Positions 24,021 through 37,125 of a stretch of DNA of 64,000 nucleotides are shown here, piece after piece. Position numbers and translations under genes: made by a program. Location: NCBI GenBank assembly GCA_032718475.1, contig JAUCBJ010009040.1, positions 1-64,000 on the forward strand, given 5' to 3'. Under the pieces are notes generated by a model, which had not been told where the DNA came from, did not search any database, and was given only the letters and a program-made list of their open reading frames with translations. The stretch's first letter is position 1; each line of letters starts with the position of its first letter. Source of the DNA: Nemertoderma westbladi. Lineage: Eukaryota > Animalia > Xenacoelomorpha.

Positions 24021-26081
24021 GCTTTCTTTATTGCCGTAAGCAATAAAGCTGAAGTACCGGTCGACCGGTAACCTGTAGGCCCAACTGCTCGAACCGGTAC
24101 TGCTGTAGGCCGGTAGGCCCAACTGCCCGAACCGGTACTGCTGTAACCTGTAAGCCTGTAGGCCCAACTGCCCGAACCGGTACTTATAGTACAAGTACAT
24201 CAGTATTATTTCGATTGTGATATTATACAATGGTAGGCTGTTTAAGAGATTAGGGACTGTACACCCCTTGTTTCTATTGGAGCTTATTTATTTCTGTCAG
24301 TTTTTATTTACCTGTAAGTTAATATTGAGCAGAAGACGTGTAAGCCTGCTCAGATTGTACAGATAATTTGTAGGCTGGACTGTTGTCTGACTGTTGTTAG
24401 GTCTGGAGAGATTGCGGCGTGTGTAGAGTCTGTCCGATAAAGTGCCAGTTGGGAACGTAGGGGCATCTTGAGTTGTATGGTAAACCCCCTCCGAAAGAAT
24501 AAGTCGTCCTACTCGGTTAGAACGCATACTCACTAACCATTTCGGAATCTGCATATACTGTAGTTTATTTAGGCTTGATAGTAGTCTGCCAGTGTTTAGT
24601 CTGTATTTTGTATGTATAGGCCTAGTCTGTACGGGTAGCATAATATTTCTTATTCAGATAATTTGTAGGCTGGATTGTTGTCTGGCTGTTGTTAGGTCTG
24701 AAGGGACTGCTGCGTGTGTAGAGTCTGTCCGATAAAGTGCCAGTTAGGAATGTAGGGGCATCTTGAGTTGTAAGGTAAACCCCCTCCGAAAGAATAAGTC
24801 GTACTACTGAGTTAGAACGCATACTAACTAACCATTTCGGAATCTGCACATATTGTAGTTTATTTAGGCTTGATAGTAGTCTTCCAGCGTTTGGTCTGTA
24901 TTTTGTTTGAGTAGTTTGTACGCGTAGCACAATATTTATTATTCAGAGTTTATGCGATTATTCGCAACATTCACAACCCCAAGTTTATTCCTACAGTAAT
25001 TGTGCTTGTTATACATACGGTTATAGTTAAATTAACCCCGGTACTACACGGGCTGCTTGGCGTAGGTAAAGACTGGTGATTTTGTGCCCTGGTCACTCCA
25101 GCAGATGCCGTGGTTCTTTTAACTGTTCAAGTATATTTAACTGCTGGTTATTTGTTATACAAGTACTTGTACCTAATTTAGGGTTTAGTGTACAGTGCTT
25201 TCCTAAAGTAATTAGTGTGTAGGCAGTATATTTGTGTTGTAAAGTGGTTAATAGGCACGTTAGTTCTGGTAGACTGCGGTAATTAACCTCTAGGTAGGAA
25301 CACTCCGTGAAACATAACGTAGTACTTATAGCGATATGGCTATAAGTCGCCAGACGGTGGTATTTTTCCTATCTGGACAACGCAGTATATTTACTACTAC
25401 TTTACTATTTTCAAATACCGTAGTATCATGTCCGTTGTAATAACCAGATATTCTAACCCTTTGTTAGGCTGGTTTGTAGTTCCCTGTCAAATTACCCTAA
25501 AAATTCGTACGTATACTTTTTGTGTGTTTATTTAGAGATTGTAATCTCACCTTATATTGTACGTAATTCGTAGCTAAGTAACTTAGGCCAGTAGAATTAT
25601 TTGTTTTAGTGTCCAATAAGTAGCACTTCACTGAGAGCGCACAGCTGCTGTGTAGTGATTGCTTTCCAGAAATAGTAACATCTATTTCAATAGAGAAACA
25701 AAACCCCTCATACGGGTATATATCTTTTAAATCAACTCAAAGGTTTATAAACTAGTAGGCCTGTCGTACAACAATTAGGTCTTAATATCAGTTGGACTAC
25801 TGCTTGAATAACGGTAATAAAGTAAACTAATATCTATCTATAGAGTATCTACTACTAGTATCTATAATAGGCTTATTATATATTTGTATATATTTGCGCT
25901 GAAATTATATACCGGTATTCTGTGACAAACCTAGTCTGCAATACTTATTTATACTATAAGTGTATACCGGTATTTTAATATATTGTAATTGATTACCGGT
26001 ACTAGGCCAACAGTCATACTGAATTACTAGACTTGCTTTAACTGTAACTATAGCAGTAGGCATCCAACTGTATAAACAAAT

Positions 26082-28001
26082 ATGTCTGACACAAAGCAAA
26101 ACCTGTCAGACAGTCTAATCGATACAACCATTTGTGACCCAGATAGGAGTGTGGAACGTTTAAGACCGAAGTTCAGCTCACCTCCTACTGTAAGAAATGT
26201 CATCCCTCCAGTAGTAGTATCAGACCCTAGGCTAATCCAACACCTTAGGTCTATCATCGGCACTTGGGCCCAAGTCAAGCGGGATCAGGAAGCAGCTGTT
26301 AAACAGCAACAACATCCTAGCCAAGAACTTAGATCCCAGCGACCCGATAGCTCCAGTAGTTCAGATACTGTAGAGCTGACCCCCGAACGCGGAGTGAAGA
26401 TGGCAGATACGGTTTATTCGGATCCCCTTCTCACTCTTCCTGCAGCAGTACTAACTACGGTATTGATTGCGGTGGAGGAACACCAAGTCGATTGGGCGAG
26501 AAGTAAGCGATCGACACAAGACAGTTATGCGGGATACGTAAGGGAAGAATTGATGTCTATTGTCGAGTCGCAATGGAACTTCTCTGGACCCGGACTCCCG
26601 TTAGACTTATCAGAAGCTACCTGGGAAGACATACACAGGATGGGAGTGACAAAAAACACAATGGATCCAGCTGTTTGGAAGAGGTCGGCAGCAGGATATG
26701 TACAGGGATTCTTCGGCTCCTTGGAGCGATTAGAGGAACAACTGTTTCGACAACCCCAAGGACCTCAAGAGCAGGAAGAGCTGCTTTATCAAGTACGCGA
26801 AAGAACTCTACGCATTAGACTAATCTTATCGGCCTTTGAGGAGGCTTCGAAAAGAAGACAGGACACGTCGTTGCAAGTTGCTGTCAAGACTTGGTTCCAG
26901 CGGGTAGGTCTCAAGGTTCAAGAAACGGCGCAGTGGAAATTTCAGCTGGCTGAGCGACCAACCTATGCAGAATCCACCGACGCCACCTTTTCTCAAGTGG
27001 AAAGCGAAGTGACAGCAGAGAAACCGCAAACGAGAGACGCTATCAACATCTATCTGTCAGACTATCAGCGGTTCCTGGATGATAAAGAGTTGAGGAGACG
27101 TCTGTCTGGACTTCGCCCTGATAGTGAAGGAGCCAAGCTTGTGTTGGACTCAATCGATGCAGAAATGTTAGCCGCAAACCAAGCTAAATTTGATGAACGA
27201 CTCCGCCTCGCTAGAGTCCAAGAAGAACAAGTAAAGAAAAAACGAATAGAAGACAGAAAGGCAACAGCAGTAGCAGCGGCAATTGCAACGGCCGAAGCGG
27301 AAAGAAAGGCGGCAGAAGCAGCGGCAATGGCAACGACCGAAGCGGAAAGAAAAGCGGCAGTAGCAGTGGCAGTGGCAGCGGCCAAAGCGGAAAGAAAAGC
27401 AGCGGAGGCAGTGGCAGAAGCAGAACGGAGAGCGTCTGAAGAGACCACCCAACTGGAGTTGGAAAATCTTCAAGAGACGCAAGACTATATAAATAAACAG
27501 TTAACAGCTAGTCAAATGCAGATGATGAGTCGATCTACTCCCAAGCGACAGGGATTTACATCCTGTGATGAAGGCGATACCACCGATCCTGAAGGCGGAG
27601 GACATAGATCTCGTCTAAGTAGGCGTAGAAGAACGTCTCACCGTCAGAAATTGCCTGATTTGCCTCCAGCTGTTAGAAGACAACTAGCTAGCACAGACTT
27701 AGGTAGTACAGAACCCACAGACCTAAATATTACTGTAAACAGACTCCCTACTATAGTAGATGAGCCTGAAATAATTAGGCCTGTTCTCGAAGCCACCCCT
27801 TTGGTGAGAGAGACCCCTGTACTCCCCGAACCTACCACCAAATTCCCTTTGCACAGTACTAACTGCCTGTACCCGGTGGTGCAGCCCAGGAGAATGTCCC
27901 GGTCCTGGACGCCGAGAGAGAAATCCAAGATTTGTCTCCCGTCATCCCGCGTCGGCCCGCTACTATGTTGGCGACTCCCGCTTCAGCGGTCGAGTGGGTA
28001 G
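26082..28001 (+). pseudogene. gag: Bel/Pao gag N-terminal region (coiled-coil, AEAERKAA repeats), frameshifted near 27860
   Basis: Colinear with the N-terminus of the copy-2 ORF, which reads through here (AGCACTAAGCTACCT vs AGTACTAACTGCCT, 1-nt loss). Confidence 0.85.
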
Positions 28002-29146
28002 ATGAGGGACGGCGGGAGATGGGTCTCTTGCTTGGGCAGCTGAGGGAACACTGGGAATGTTCCTCCCGGCAGGTCCGAGATTTAGAAGGGACTGTCCACC
28101 AGCTCAAGGGAACAGTAAGGGAAAGTAGGTTAGAGTTGCAAGAAGTGCAGCAAAGTATCGCGCTAGAACGCGACAAATTAGTAAATATACAAAAGGGTAT
28201 ACCAACACCCCCTGTAACCATGTGTCAACCCGTTAGGTCTGAAGTATTTCATGCGCAAAGTGTGGAGCCTACACGCGTCTATACTGCTAGTGAAGTAGAA
28301 ACTCCTATAGTAAATCCTATTAAGGGTGATTATAAACCTGTTGATAATAATATTCCATATAGACCTGATAATAATCCGAGAAATTTATATACCGATAATT
28401 CGATATTAAATAACACGATGGTCCAAGAAAGCTTTACGCGTCAGATGGCTAGAACAGAAGCCTGTCAAGCGGTCAAAGTGGGAGAGATCGTCAAATTCAA
28501 TGGAGATGAGATTAAATGGTTACCTTTTAATGAATATTATAAAGATAACAATATACAGAACTCTGTACTATCTAACGGAGAGAAACTTAGATTCCTCATC
28601 GAGTGTTTAGAAGGACCTCCCAAGTTAATGGCATTAAAGTTTATTGGACATCCAGATGGATTAAGACAAGTTTGGGATACATTAAACATCAGGTATGGTA
28701 ATAGGAATAACATAGCTAAGTATTTGTATGCAAAATTAGTAGCCTGCCGAAAGTTCATTAGTAGCGGGATTATAGAGTTTTCCGATGATATTCAGGAGGT
28801 CTGTAGACAATTGGATTGGCTAGGTAAGTCTCATGAATATCAGAGTTCCATGGTTATTGGAGCCGTAGCCTCTACTTTACCAAAGGGTGGAGTAGGTACA
28901 CGCTGGGATAAAAAAGTGTTGTATATGATGGAGCAACAACGACGAGACCCTACCATGGCTGATCTCATGTCATTCTTAGATGGAGAAGTAAAATTACAAC
29001 TCATAAAGCAGTCCCGAGAGAAAACACTGGAAAATAAGGTAAGTGAGAAACCCGTTTCTAGGAGAAAAGTAACCCCAGTGTGTTATACTGACGATGGCGA
29101 AAGCCAAGCTTCTCAAGAAGATGACAGCGGGAAGGACACTGACTGA
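27932..29146 (+). pseudogene. gag: Bel/Pao gag capsid-like region (DUF1759-type)
   Basis: KFNGDEIKWLPF...LSNGEKLRFLIECLEG...WDTLNIRYG motif. Premature TGA where copy 2 has AGA. Confidence 0.85.
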
Positions 29147-29284
29147 TCTTACTATGTTCACAAAACGGCGAAAGACGTAAGTAAATACAAGTCTCGAACC
29201 AATGATAGGAGAGAACAGGTAGCCAAGACTCCTCCTCAGTCTCTTAACAGAATTCACGGAAGAAAGCCCGAAGAAAGAACGAGA

Positions 29285-29893
29285 ATGCATAACGTTATCC
29301 AAGGTAAAGTGAGTAACATCAAACCAAACTGTGCGCTGTGCGACGGGCCCCACCGTTTGAGTGCGTGTGCTGAATTCCTAAAGAAATCCCTGGTAGACAG
29401 ACGTGAAGTCATGTGGGATAAGCGGTTATGCTATAATTGCCTCAGACAAGGACACCAACGGCGAACCTGTTACTCCGACGTAAGGTGTGCAAATTGCGGT
29501 GCGAAACATCACATCTTGTTACACAGTGAATTCGAACAAAACAGCCCGAGTCAGGTAAGTGAGCCCAAACTACATGTCCAATTCAGTGATGTAAATGACA
29601 CTGATCAAGGATCTGAGATGGAAGGATTCTATACGGACGAATTCTCCGATGCCAACGAATCCTGTTACCTAATAAATACCGCAGTGTATCGAGCACTTAC
29701 GTATGAAAAGGACACCGATAATGAGTTCCCCCCAACTACCTTTGACAGACAACCATCTTGGAAGGCTCCAACTTCCAACGTAGGAATCCGAGAATTTCCT
29801 GTAGTGCAGGTAAGAGTTTACGGTCCTGACAAAAGTTACATAGTGAACGCCCTCCTTGACTCCGGCAGCACAAGAACATTCATCGACCAATAA
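29285..29893 (+). pseudogene. gag-pol: Bel/Pao triple zinc knuckle + aspartic protease N-half
   Basis: CALCDGPHRLSAC, CYNCLRQGHQRRTC and CANCGAKHHILLH (Bel/Pao three-finger pattern); ALLDSGS protease motif; premature TAA. Confidence 0.9.
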
Positions 29894-29944
29894 CTAGCCG
29901 AAGACATCTTTGCTGGACAACCCAAATTCCAAACTAAGTTAAAC

Positions 29945-31498
29945 ATGTCAGGAATTATGCAGGTTTGGAAATCTACCATAATTGCAGATTATTATGTAGG
30001 TGCGTTATCCACCCCCCAGGATAAATTAGGAGTACAAAGTATAAGGTCAGTAAAAATGGTGGCGATAAAGAACTTTGCTACTACCCAAGTAGAACCTTAT
30101 AACTGGGACGAGGACGAGTGCATCCAGCAACTTAAGATACCTCGATTCCACACAGATTATCCTGGAGTGCAAATACTCATCGGCCAAAACGCGCATGAGG
30201 CGCTCGAGACATTAGAGAAATGGCCTGCTCAACCGCAGCCACTACAAACCTATGCGGTAAGAACTAGAGTAGGTTGGTACTTTACTAGCCCTTCCCGTAG
30301 AACTCTCAAAGAGAGATTATCCCAAGAACAAGTATACCAAGTAAATGAATGGGAAGTGGAGAGCAGTGAGGTGGACGAACCAACTGAGGGAACACCATAC
30401 TCCTCAGATAATGACAACATCTTCCAACTCTTCGACGAAGAGAACACAATCGACCTTCTTACAGAAAACGAAACTTGGCAAAACCAGGTGAACCTATGTC
30501 AACTGAGTCGCCCATCGGGACCAATTAACTACAATGACGAACTCAATGACGAGATAGAGCGCTACAACGCTAGGACTCGGGACGAGCTCGCCGTACGATT
30601 CTTTACTCAAGAGGTGGTAGAGCCCAATTCATACGATAAGGCCCTATCGGTAGAAGAAGAAAGAGCCAAGCAGATCCAGGAGACAACTACACGTTTTCTA
30701 AAAGATCAAGGTAGATATGAAATTGGCCTACCATTTCGAAAACGAGAACCTAGATTTATAAACAACCGACCCTTGGCGGAGAAAAGAATCGCTCAATTAC
30801 ATCGAAGCCTTACGGCAAATGCTTCAGCTAAAGAAATGTACCAAACGCAGTTGAAGAAATTTATTAACAAAGGATATACGGAGCGAGTACCGGAAGAAAC
30901 ACCCATAACGGAGAGAACGTACTATCTAACACATCATTACGTTCCCAAACCCGGTAAACCCCATGAAGTACGGGTCGTATTTGATGGCTCCGCCCTATAC
31001 ATGGGCCAATCCCTCAATTCCGAGTTGTTACCAGGACCCAACTTACTCCAATCCTTGTTGGGAATACTTTTAAGATTAAGACAATATTCCATCGCATTCG
31101 CCTCCGATATAGAAGGAATGTTCTTACAAGTCAAGGCGCTGAATAGGGATAGAGACAGCCTAAGATTTCTGTGGTGGCCTGAAGGAGATCTCAACCAGAA
31201 ACCGGTGGAGTACTGGATGACCATCCAGGCTTTTGTGATCATATCAAGCCCTTCAAACGCCTGCTCAGTGGTGCGGACCACTGCGGATGACAACTGGGAC
31301 GCCTTCTCTAAAGAGGTGATTGACAACATCAAACGGGATATATACATGGACGACAATCTAAAGTCCCTTCCATCCGTAGCAGAAGCCATTGATGTCGCGA
31401 AAGGAACGGTTGAGTGCTTGAAAAGAGGTGGATTTCGACTGACTAAATTCACCAGCAACTCCCGTGAGTTTCTGGAATTGATACCGGTAGAAGACTGA
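29945..31498 (+). pseudogene. pol: Bel/Pao protease C-half + reverse transcriptase
   Basis: RVVFDGS, SLNSELLPGPNL, DIEGMFLQV, LRFLW, YMDD, GGFRLTKFTSN. Ends at an in-frame TGA. Confidence 0.92.
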
Positions 31499-31555
31499 GG
31501 AGCAAAAGGCCTAGACTTAATAAAAGACGATCTTCCAGAAACCAAGACGCTTGGC

Positions 31556-32122
31556 TTGAAATGGAACACTGAGAGAGATATCTTGTTTTTTCAGCTAAAA
31601 CAGCGAGATAATCCAGTTTGGACCAAACGGATTTGTTTAAGTATCCTGAGCACTTATTTCGATCCATTGGGATTTATTAGCCCAGTTATCTTGATTGCTC
31701 GGAGTTTAGTACAACAAATGTGGCTCGAAAACCATTCATGGGACGATCCACTTAAGGGAGAACTATTAAAGAAGTGGATGAAATGGGAAGATTCTCTACC
31801 AGCCATCGAGAACTTTATAATTTCCTGTTCATATTTTGGTCATGTTCTCCCTACGTATTCCTATCAACTCCATGTGTTTGGAGACGCTAGCGATATGGGA
31901 ATAGGAATAGTAGCATACCTGCGAGTCGAAACTCCGGATGGAATCAAAGTCGCCTTGGTTACCTCTAAGGCATTGATTAACATCAAGTTGAAGGTTCCTC
32001 GAGCGGAGTTAAAGGCGGCTCTATACACTACAGCCATCGGCCAGAATGTAACTGAACAGATCGATTACCCACTGGAGAAAACTGTTTACTGGACCGATGC
32101 TTTACTCGTGTTGAGTATATAA
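31556..32122 (+). pseudogene. pol: Bel/Pao RT connection / RNase H region
   Basis: TKR..LS....FDPLGFISP, WDDPL, LHVFGDAS, AYLR, PRAELKAA, YWTDA. Frameshift near 32120. Confidence 0.9.
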
Positions 32123-32286
32123 CCAATGAAGTCTGTCAGTTCAGCGTCTTTGTTACCAACAGAGTAGCCATTATTCTTAGTCGCACGAAGATAGATCAAT
32201 GGAGACATTGCCCTGGTACGATTAATCCAGCCGACATCGCCTCCAGGGGAGCAACTCCACAGGAACTGATAGATACTCCAGATTGG

Positions 32287-34017
32287 TTGGGTGGACCCGA
32301 CTTCCTGAGCAAGGAAGAGGATGAATGGCCTCCTTACCTTACTACGGCTGAGATCAGACAAGCCAAGGGAGCGGAGAAAGTTAAACCTAAAACCCGGGCG
32401 AGTAAATCGAAGTTATTTAAACCGGTGATAGATCTATCTGTATTACATACTTCTGGAAACAATGCTTCGGATCCACAATCCCTCACCACAAATAAGTCTG
32501 TTGTGGAAATTAGAGATAGAGATTGGAAATCTAGAATACCAGACGTCTCGCAAGGAATCTCACCCTTGCTGCAGAGAGCGATACATCAATATAGTTCCTG
32601 GAATCGGCTCTGTAAGGCCGTCACATATTTAAAGCGATGTTTTTATCATCATTACTCCAGGACGAAGACCACTAGTGATACCGCTCCATTGACATCTGCG
32701 CAAGTTCATGTTGTTAAAGATCTTCCCAAATATAAGATATCCGACCGGTTTCTAAAAGAGAAGATCAGTTACCCGGAGCATGAAGAAACCAATAAGCAGA
32801 TACTGAGACTCCTGCAATGCTATGAGGATTCCGATAAGTATTTCCTGTTGTTGAGAAATCCACAGATGCGCTTAAGGGATCGCTTCTCTAGCACAATTAT
32901 AGATGGGTTAATACGTGTTGGAGGAAGACTCACTAATGCTCCATCATCCTTTGACACTAAATTCCCCATACTCATTAGAAATCTTGAAGTACAAATCAAG
33001 ATGATTGTAGATGTTCACAGTAAACTTTATCATGCTGGTAGAGAACAACTTCTTAGCAAAATTCGAACTCGCTATTATTTTTATAAACCCCGTAGAGCTC
33101 TGAACCAAGTTCTTAGGAACTGCATACCCTGTAGGAAAGCATTCAGTAGGCCTTTAACACAGCGAGAGGCAGAATTACCTAGGGAACGAGTAAGCTTCTA
33201 TGAACCACCCTTTACTAATACCGGTGTGGATTTATTTGGCCCTATTGAAGTATATCGTGCTAGGACTATAGTCAAGAGATGGTGTGTCATCTTTGTCTGC
33301 ATGACTTGTAGAGCTATCCATCTCGATATGGTGAACGATCTATCTACCAACAGCTTCGTCTTAAGTTTACGCCGACAGATCGCTCGCTTCGGAACTAGTA
33401 ACACGATGAGATCTGATAAGGGAACGAACTTCATTGGTGCCAACAACGAAATCCAGGCTTACGTAAAGGACTGGAACCAAAGACAGGTGGATGATCAGCT
33501 AAGGATAACAGCGTCTAGCTGGACCTTCAATGCCGCCGACGCCCCTTGGTGGGGAGGAAGTTGGGAGAGATTAATTAGAAGTGTCAAGACCGCATTTCAC
33601 TTTATAGTGCCGTGCTGCGCGTATCTCACCGACGAACTTTTGCGGACGTTAATGGAGGAAATCGCTGCCTATCTCAACGAGAGACCGCTTATGCCAGTCT
33701 TATCGAGTCCCGATTCCCTGGAAGCGCTAACACCCGCGCACTTCCTACTTAAGAAACCTGTAGCCATGCTCCCACGATCGGAGATCGCTGACGGAGACGA
33801 ATACTGCCGTCAAACTTGGCAACTTATGCAGTTGCTATCCCGTCGTTTCGCTGACCATTTCGAGAAACATTATCTGCCCACGCTACAACTTCGAACTAAG
33901 TGGTTTGCGCAGCAAGAAAACGTCAGCGCCGGAGACATGGTGCTTATTGTAGATTCAGACCTTCCACGTAAAACGGTGTCAGACAGGTCGTATCATCGAG
34001 ACTCACATCTCGGATGA
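32287..34017 (+). pseudogene. pol: Bel/Pao integrase
   Basis: IRVGGRL, H-x4-H...CIPC zinc finger, GVDLFGP, RAIHLD, SDKGTNF, PWWGGSWERLIRSVK, LNERPL, LTPAHFL. Frameshifted tail continues to 34228. Confidence 0.92.
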
Positions 34018-35695
34018 TGGTTTAGTGCGCTCGGTAGAACTCGTCATCATGCGGCGTAACTTCAAGAAACCAGGCATAATCTTCGAGACGCAACAGCTCA
34101 ACCGCCCAGTTGGTCGTTTATGTTTACTGGAAAGAGACCGAGAACTCTCCGGAAACTATGGAAGGCAAGACACTCTTCCCACGACCACCTCCCTAATTCC
34201 TCAAACATCTAGGGGCTCCCCAACGTAATACGTCTGGAGTGGGTGCATGACTATATTATTTTATCTATTTTATTATATTTTTATATCCCTCTATGTATGG
34301 ATTATTATGTACTTTATTATAATCGTTTTATTTAATTTTATTTAGTAGAATGCTATTTTAACGATTATTTAGTAGATTAGTGCAATATATATTAGTGTTT
34401 ATTAATTAATTACATATATTATATATTTAGTGTGACGGCGAGAAATAATTCTTTTCTCTTTCCTTACTGTCCGTATTATATTATAAATGCGAGACTACAG
34501 TAAGATGACATGTCCGTACTTATTAAAGTACAATAAAGCTCCTACTATTTTTAAGTATTATTGGTAGGCAGAGTATTAGGAGTGCAAAGTTCAGATCCTC
34601 GGGTCTCGGCTAAACCAAGCTCTGGGTAGACCTTGGAAACAACTTGCCTCTTCACACTGACATTGCTTCGTGCGATATTGCTCTTCTACCTTATATTAAA
34701 TAATACATATAGTAGCGTGATGTCCCTTTAACAGTAGCGTAAAACGCAAAATAAACCTGTTAAACCTTTTGACCACCTATAATTCTAGTCGATTAAGATA
34801 TCGTGGCACCCACCGATATACTTAAAAGACAAATTCTAGAATCAGTGGTTAACGTCCCCAGACAAGCTCTGGAATAAAATTGTGTCAATTTTACCATCAA
34901 ATAATAAAATTCACGGGAATAAATCTAAATTCATATCTTTAATGAATTCAATAAATTGTCATTTTATGCAATTTATAACATTCCCAAAATTCCATTAATT
35001 AATAGATCACAGGAGTGGAGATTCACCCTATTGAGTGTATTAGAGTGCGAGAATCTCCAATATATAGTCAATAGCCGATAAAATTCATGAAATCATGCAT
35101 AAAGAGGATATTGACAATTAAAGAATTACTATTAAATAGCATCCCAGATCTGTATGCATGAGAATTACCCTAATTCTACCGCTAGCTTACCATAATGTCA
35201 CCATAGCAACACCCACGCTAGAATTAGAAGCAAGTTAAAAAGAACAATAGAAGGCTTGTCCCATTGCATAGTATAGGTAAGAAATAGCACACCGCTAGTA
35301 TCCAAGGATACATAATAATAACGTGGCATTCTGGAAGGCACTGACTAATGGACAAATGGCCTGTATGTGTACAATTGGTAACAGTTGTGTGGAATTTGTG
35401 CGTTTATAGGTGAATGTTACTACTAAAGTGTGTTTACAGTAGCGAGTTGCAATTGTGAAAGTAGCCCTAACTCTACCGAAAGAACCTGAAGTTAATCCAA
35501 GCCTTTGGGACGGACAGTGGAGGGAATTGTGCCGGTTATCGTTGTCGTGCTGTAGCTACACATTGGCGAAAACACCGAGACGACGGTACATCGGCGCTGA
35601 GAATCCCACTGTCCGGGGGCAGAGAGGGGTAGGCAGCGACGCCCACTCGCCTAAATACAAACTTATTATAATATTAACAAACTCAGGTAGCAGAT

Positions 35696-37099
35696 ATGAT
35701 GGAGTTGATAGAAGATGATCTTGGTATCAGGGAGCGACATACTCTACCTTTACAAGCATTTGTAGATAGCTTGATACGTGGTGAAGCCGATCCAACTACT
35801 ACGGAGGACGATGGTCGCTATATCGAACCGCCGATGTCCCAGGAGCAACTTACGCATGAATTGGACTATAGAAAATTCACCGCTCGCTATACGCATCCTA
35901 ATGGTACGTATATGGACTTCTTAACTACTGGCCATTCTATCGATTTACACGATACGGACTATGTCAACACCGAAAGGGAAATGGTACTATTTAAATATCC
36001 TACCCAGCGGAGTCGGAACGATAAACTGAAATTCGAATGCGAAAATTCTATATGAAATCGACTTGAAAGAAAAGATGTTAAAGAAGCGGATAAACGCGGT
36101 AACTCCGTATTTGGAATTCTTGAGAGAAGCATTGTAACACCAAATAAATATCCCCGCGTTTCCCCTACAAGACGTGCGTCTTTGGTATTAATACGATGAA
36201 TGCCCAAGACACAACCAACAAACGGAAAGACATAAATACCAGCGGAGACGTTGCTTTAAACACCGTTTACTCGCTATATTTACGGGAATTTCGAACGAAA
36301 CTTATTCGATGTATCACCTACGCTCTCTCGACTCAAACGATCCTTAAGTAAACCTATGATCAGAGTTCCGGAATACTCGGTCAGACCTCCTCATTCCTTA
36401 GTTAGACCTCAGACTCTTGATCCTAATAGTATCACGGATCCTCACGAACTGTACTCACCGTTCAGAGATCTAGTGTTACCCAAACCGTTCGTAGGTGGCA
36501 CTCCGGTTGTGGGCTCCCTAAATATCCGCCCATCTTACCTGGCCGGATTGGGGCGTGGACACCTAATATCGCCATTCAACCGTATAATCGTCCCCGTTTA
36601 ACACGATACAACCCGTCATCAAGGTGGAGGAGAGCGTTGTACGAAACGAGTTAGACGCTATTCTACAAAGATCAGAAAAGAAACCTACGTTTTTTCAGAT
36701 AAACTTAAATTGTAACAGCAAGTCCAAGCGGTAAATGGATTGGCTTTATCTCAGTTCGATTGGGAAATCCAGAATCTCTAATACAATATCAAACTTGGAC
36801 AACCCTATTCTCTGCGAGAGTTTTTGGACGAACGTATCCAACGACGAGCGGAGGAAAATCAGCTCGAGGAGAAGCATATCGAAACGGCGGATACCCCGAC
36901 CATAATCCTACACCTTCTGATGCAATCATATTGCACCCTTCACCCAGGAGTTATAGCCCTCCTAGTAAAGTGGCTCGCCCCAAAGAGAAAAGGACTCTTG
37001 TTAGCTTTAAAAAACTGCGTAAACGCCGTCCACGCAAGAAAGACTAACTGTTTAGAGTATTTCTGTATATTAGAAACTGTGATTTTGTATATTTTGTAG
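35696..37099 (+). pseudogene. Degraded extra ORF region of unknown function between pol and the 3' LTR
   Basis: GC-richer block with ORFs 35696-36055, 36356-36601 and 36824-37099, with counterparts in copy 2 (47163-48740 -). No recognisable domain. Confidence 0.4.
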
Positions 37100-37115
37100 A
37101 CTTGAATCCCATTTT

Positions 37116-37125
37116 CTGGGAGCGG
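37116..37125 (+). promoter_or_regulatory. Short polypurine-tract-like sequence
   Basis: CTGGGAGCGG immediately precedes the 3' LTR and is identical in copy 2 (47137-47146 -). Confidence 0.6.

Noticed and set aside
27850-28001. Programmed ribosomal frameshift within gag
   Set aside because: Copy 2 reads through in one frame, so the copy-1 shift is a 1-nt deletion.
27065-33446. Antisense ORFs overlapping gag-pol (and 51806-55214 +)
   Set aside because: Shadow frames of codon-biased or repetitive coding sequence.
35455-37099. Calling the 3' accessory ORFs env
   Set aside because: No signal peptide, furin site or recognisable fusion-protein motif visible; reported as unknown instead.
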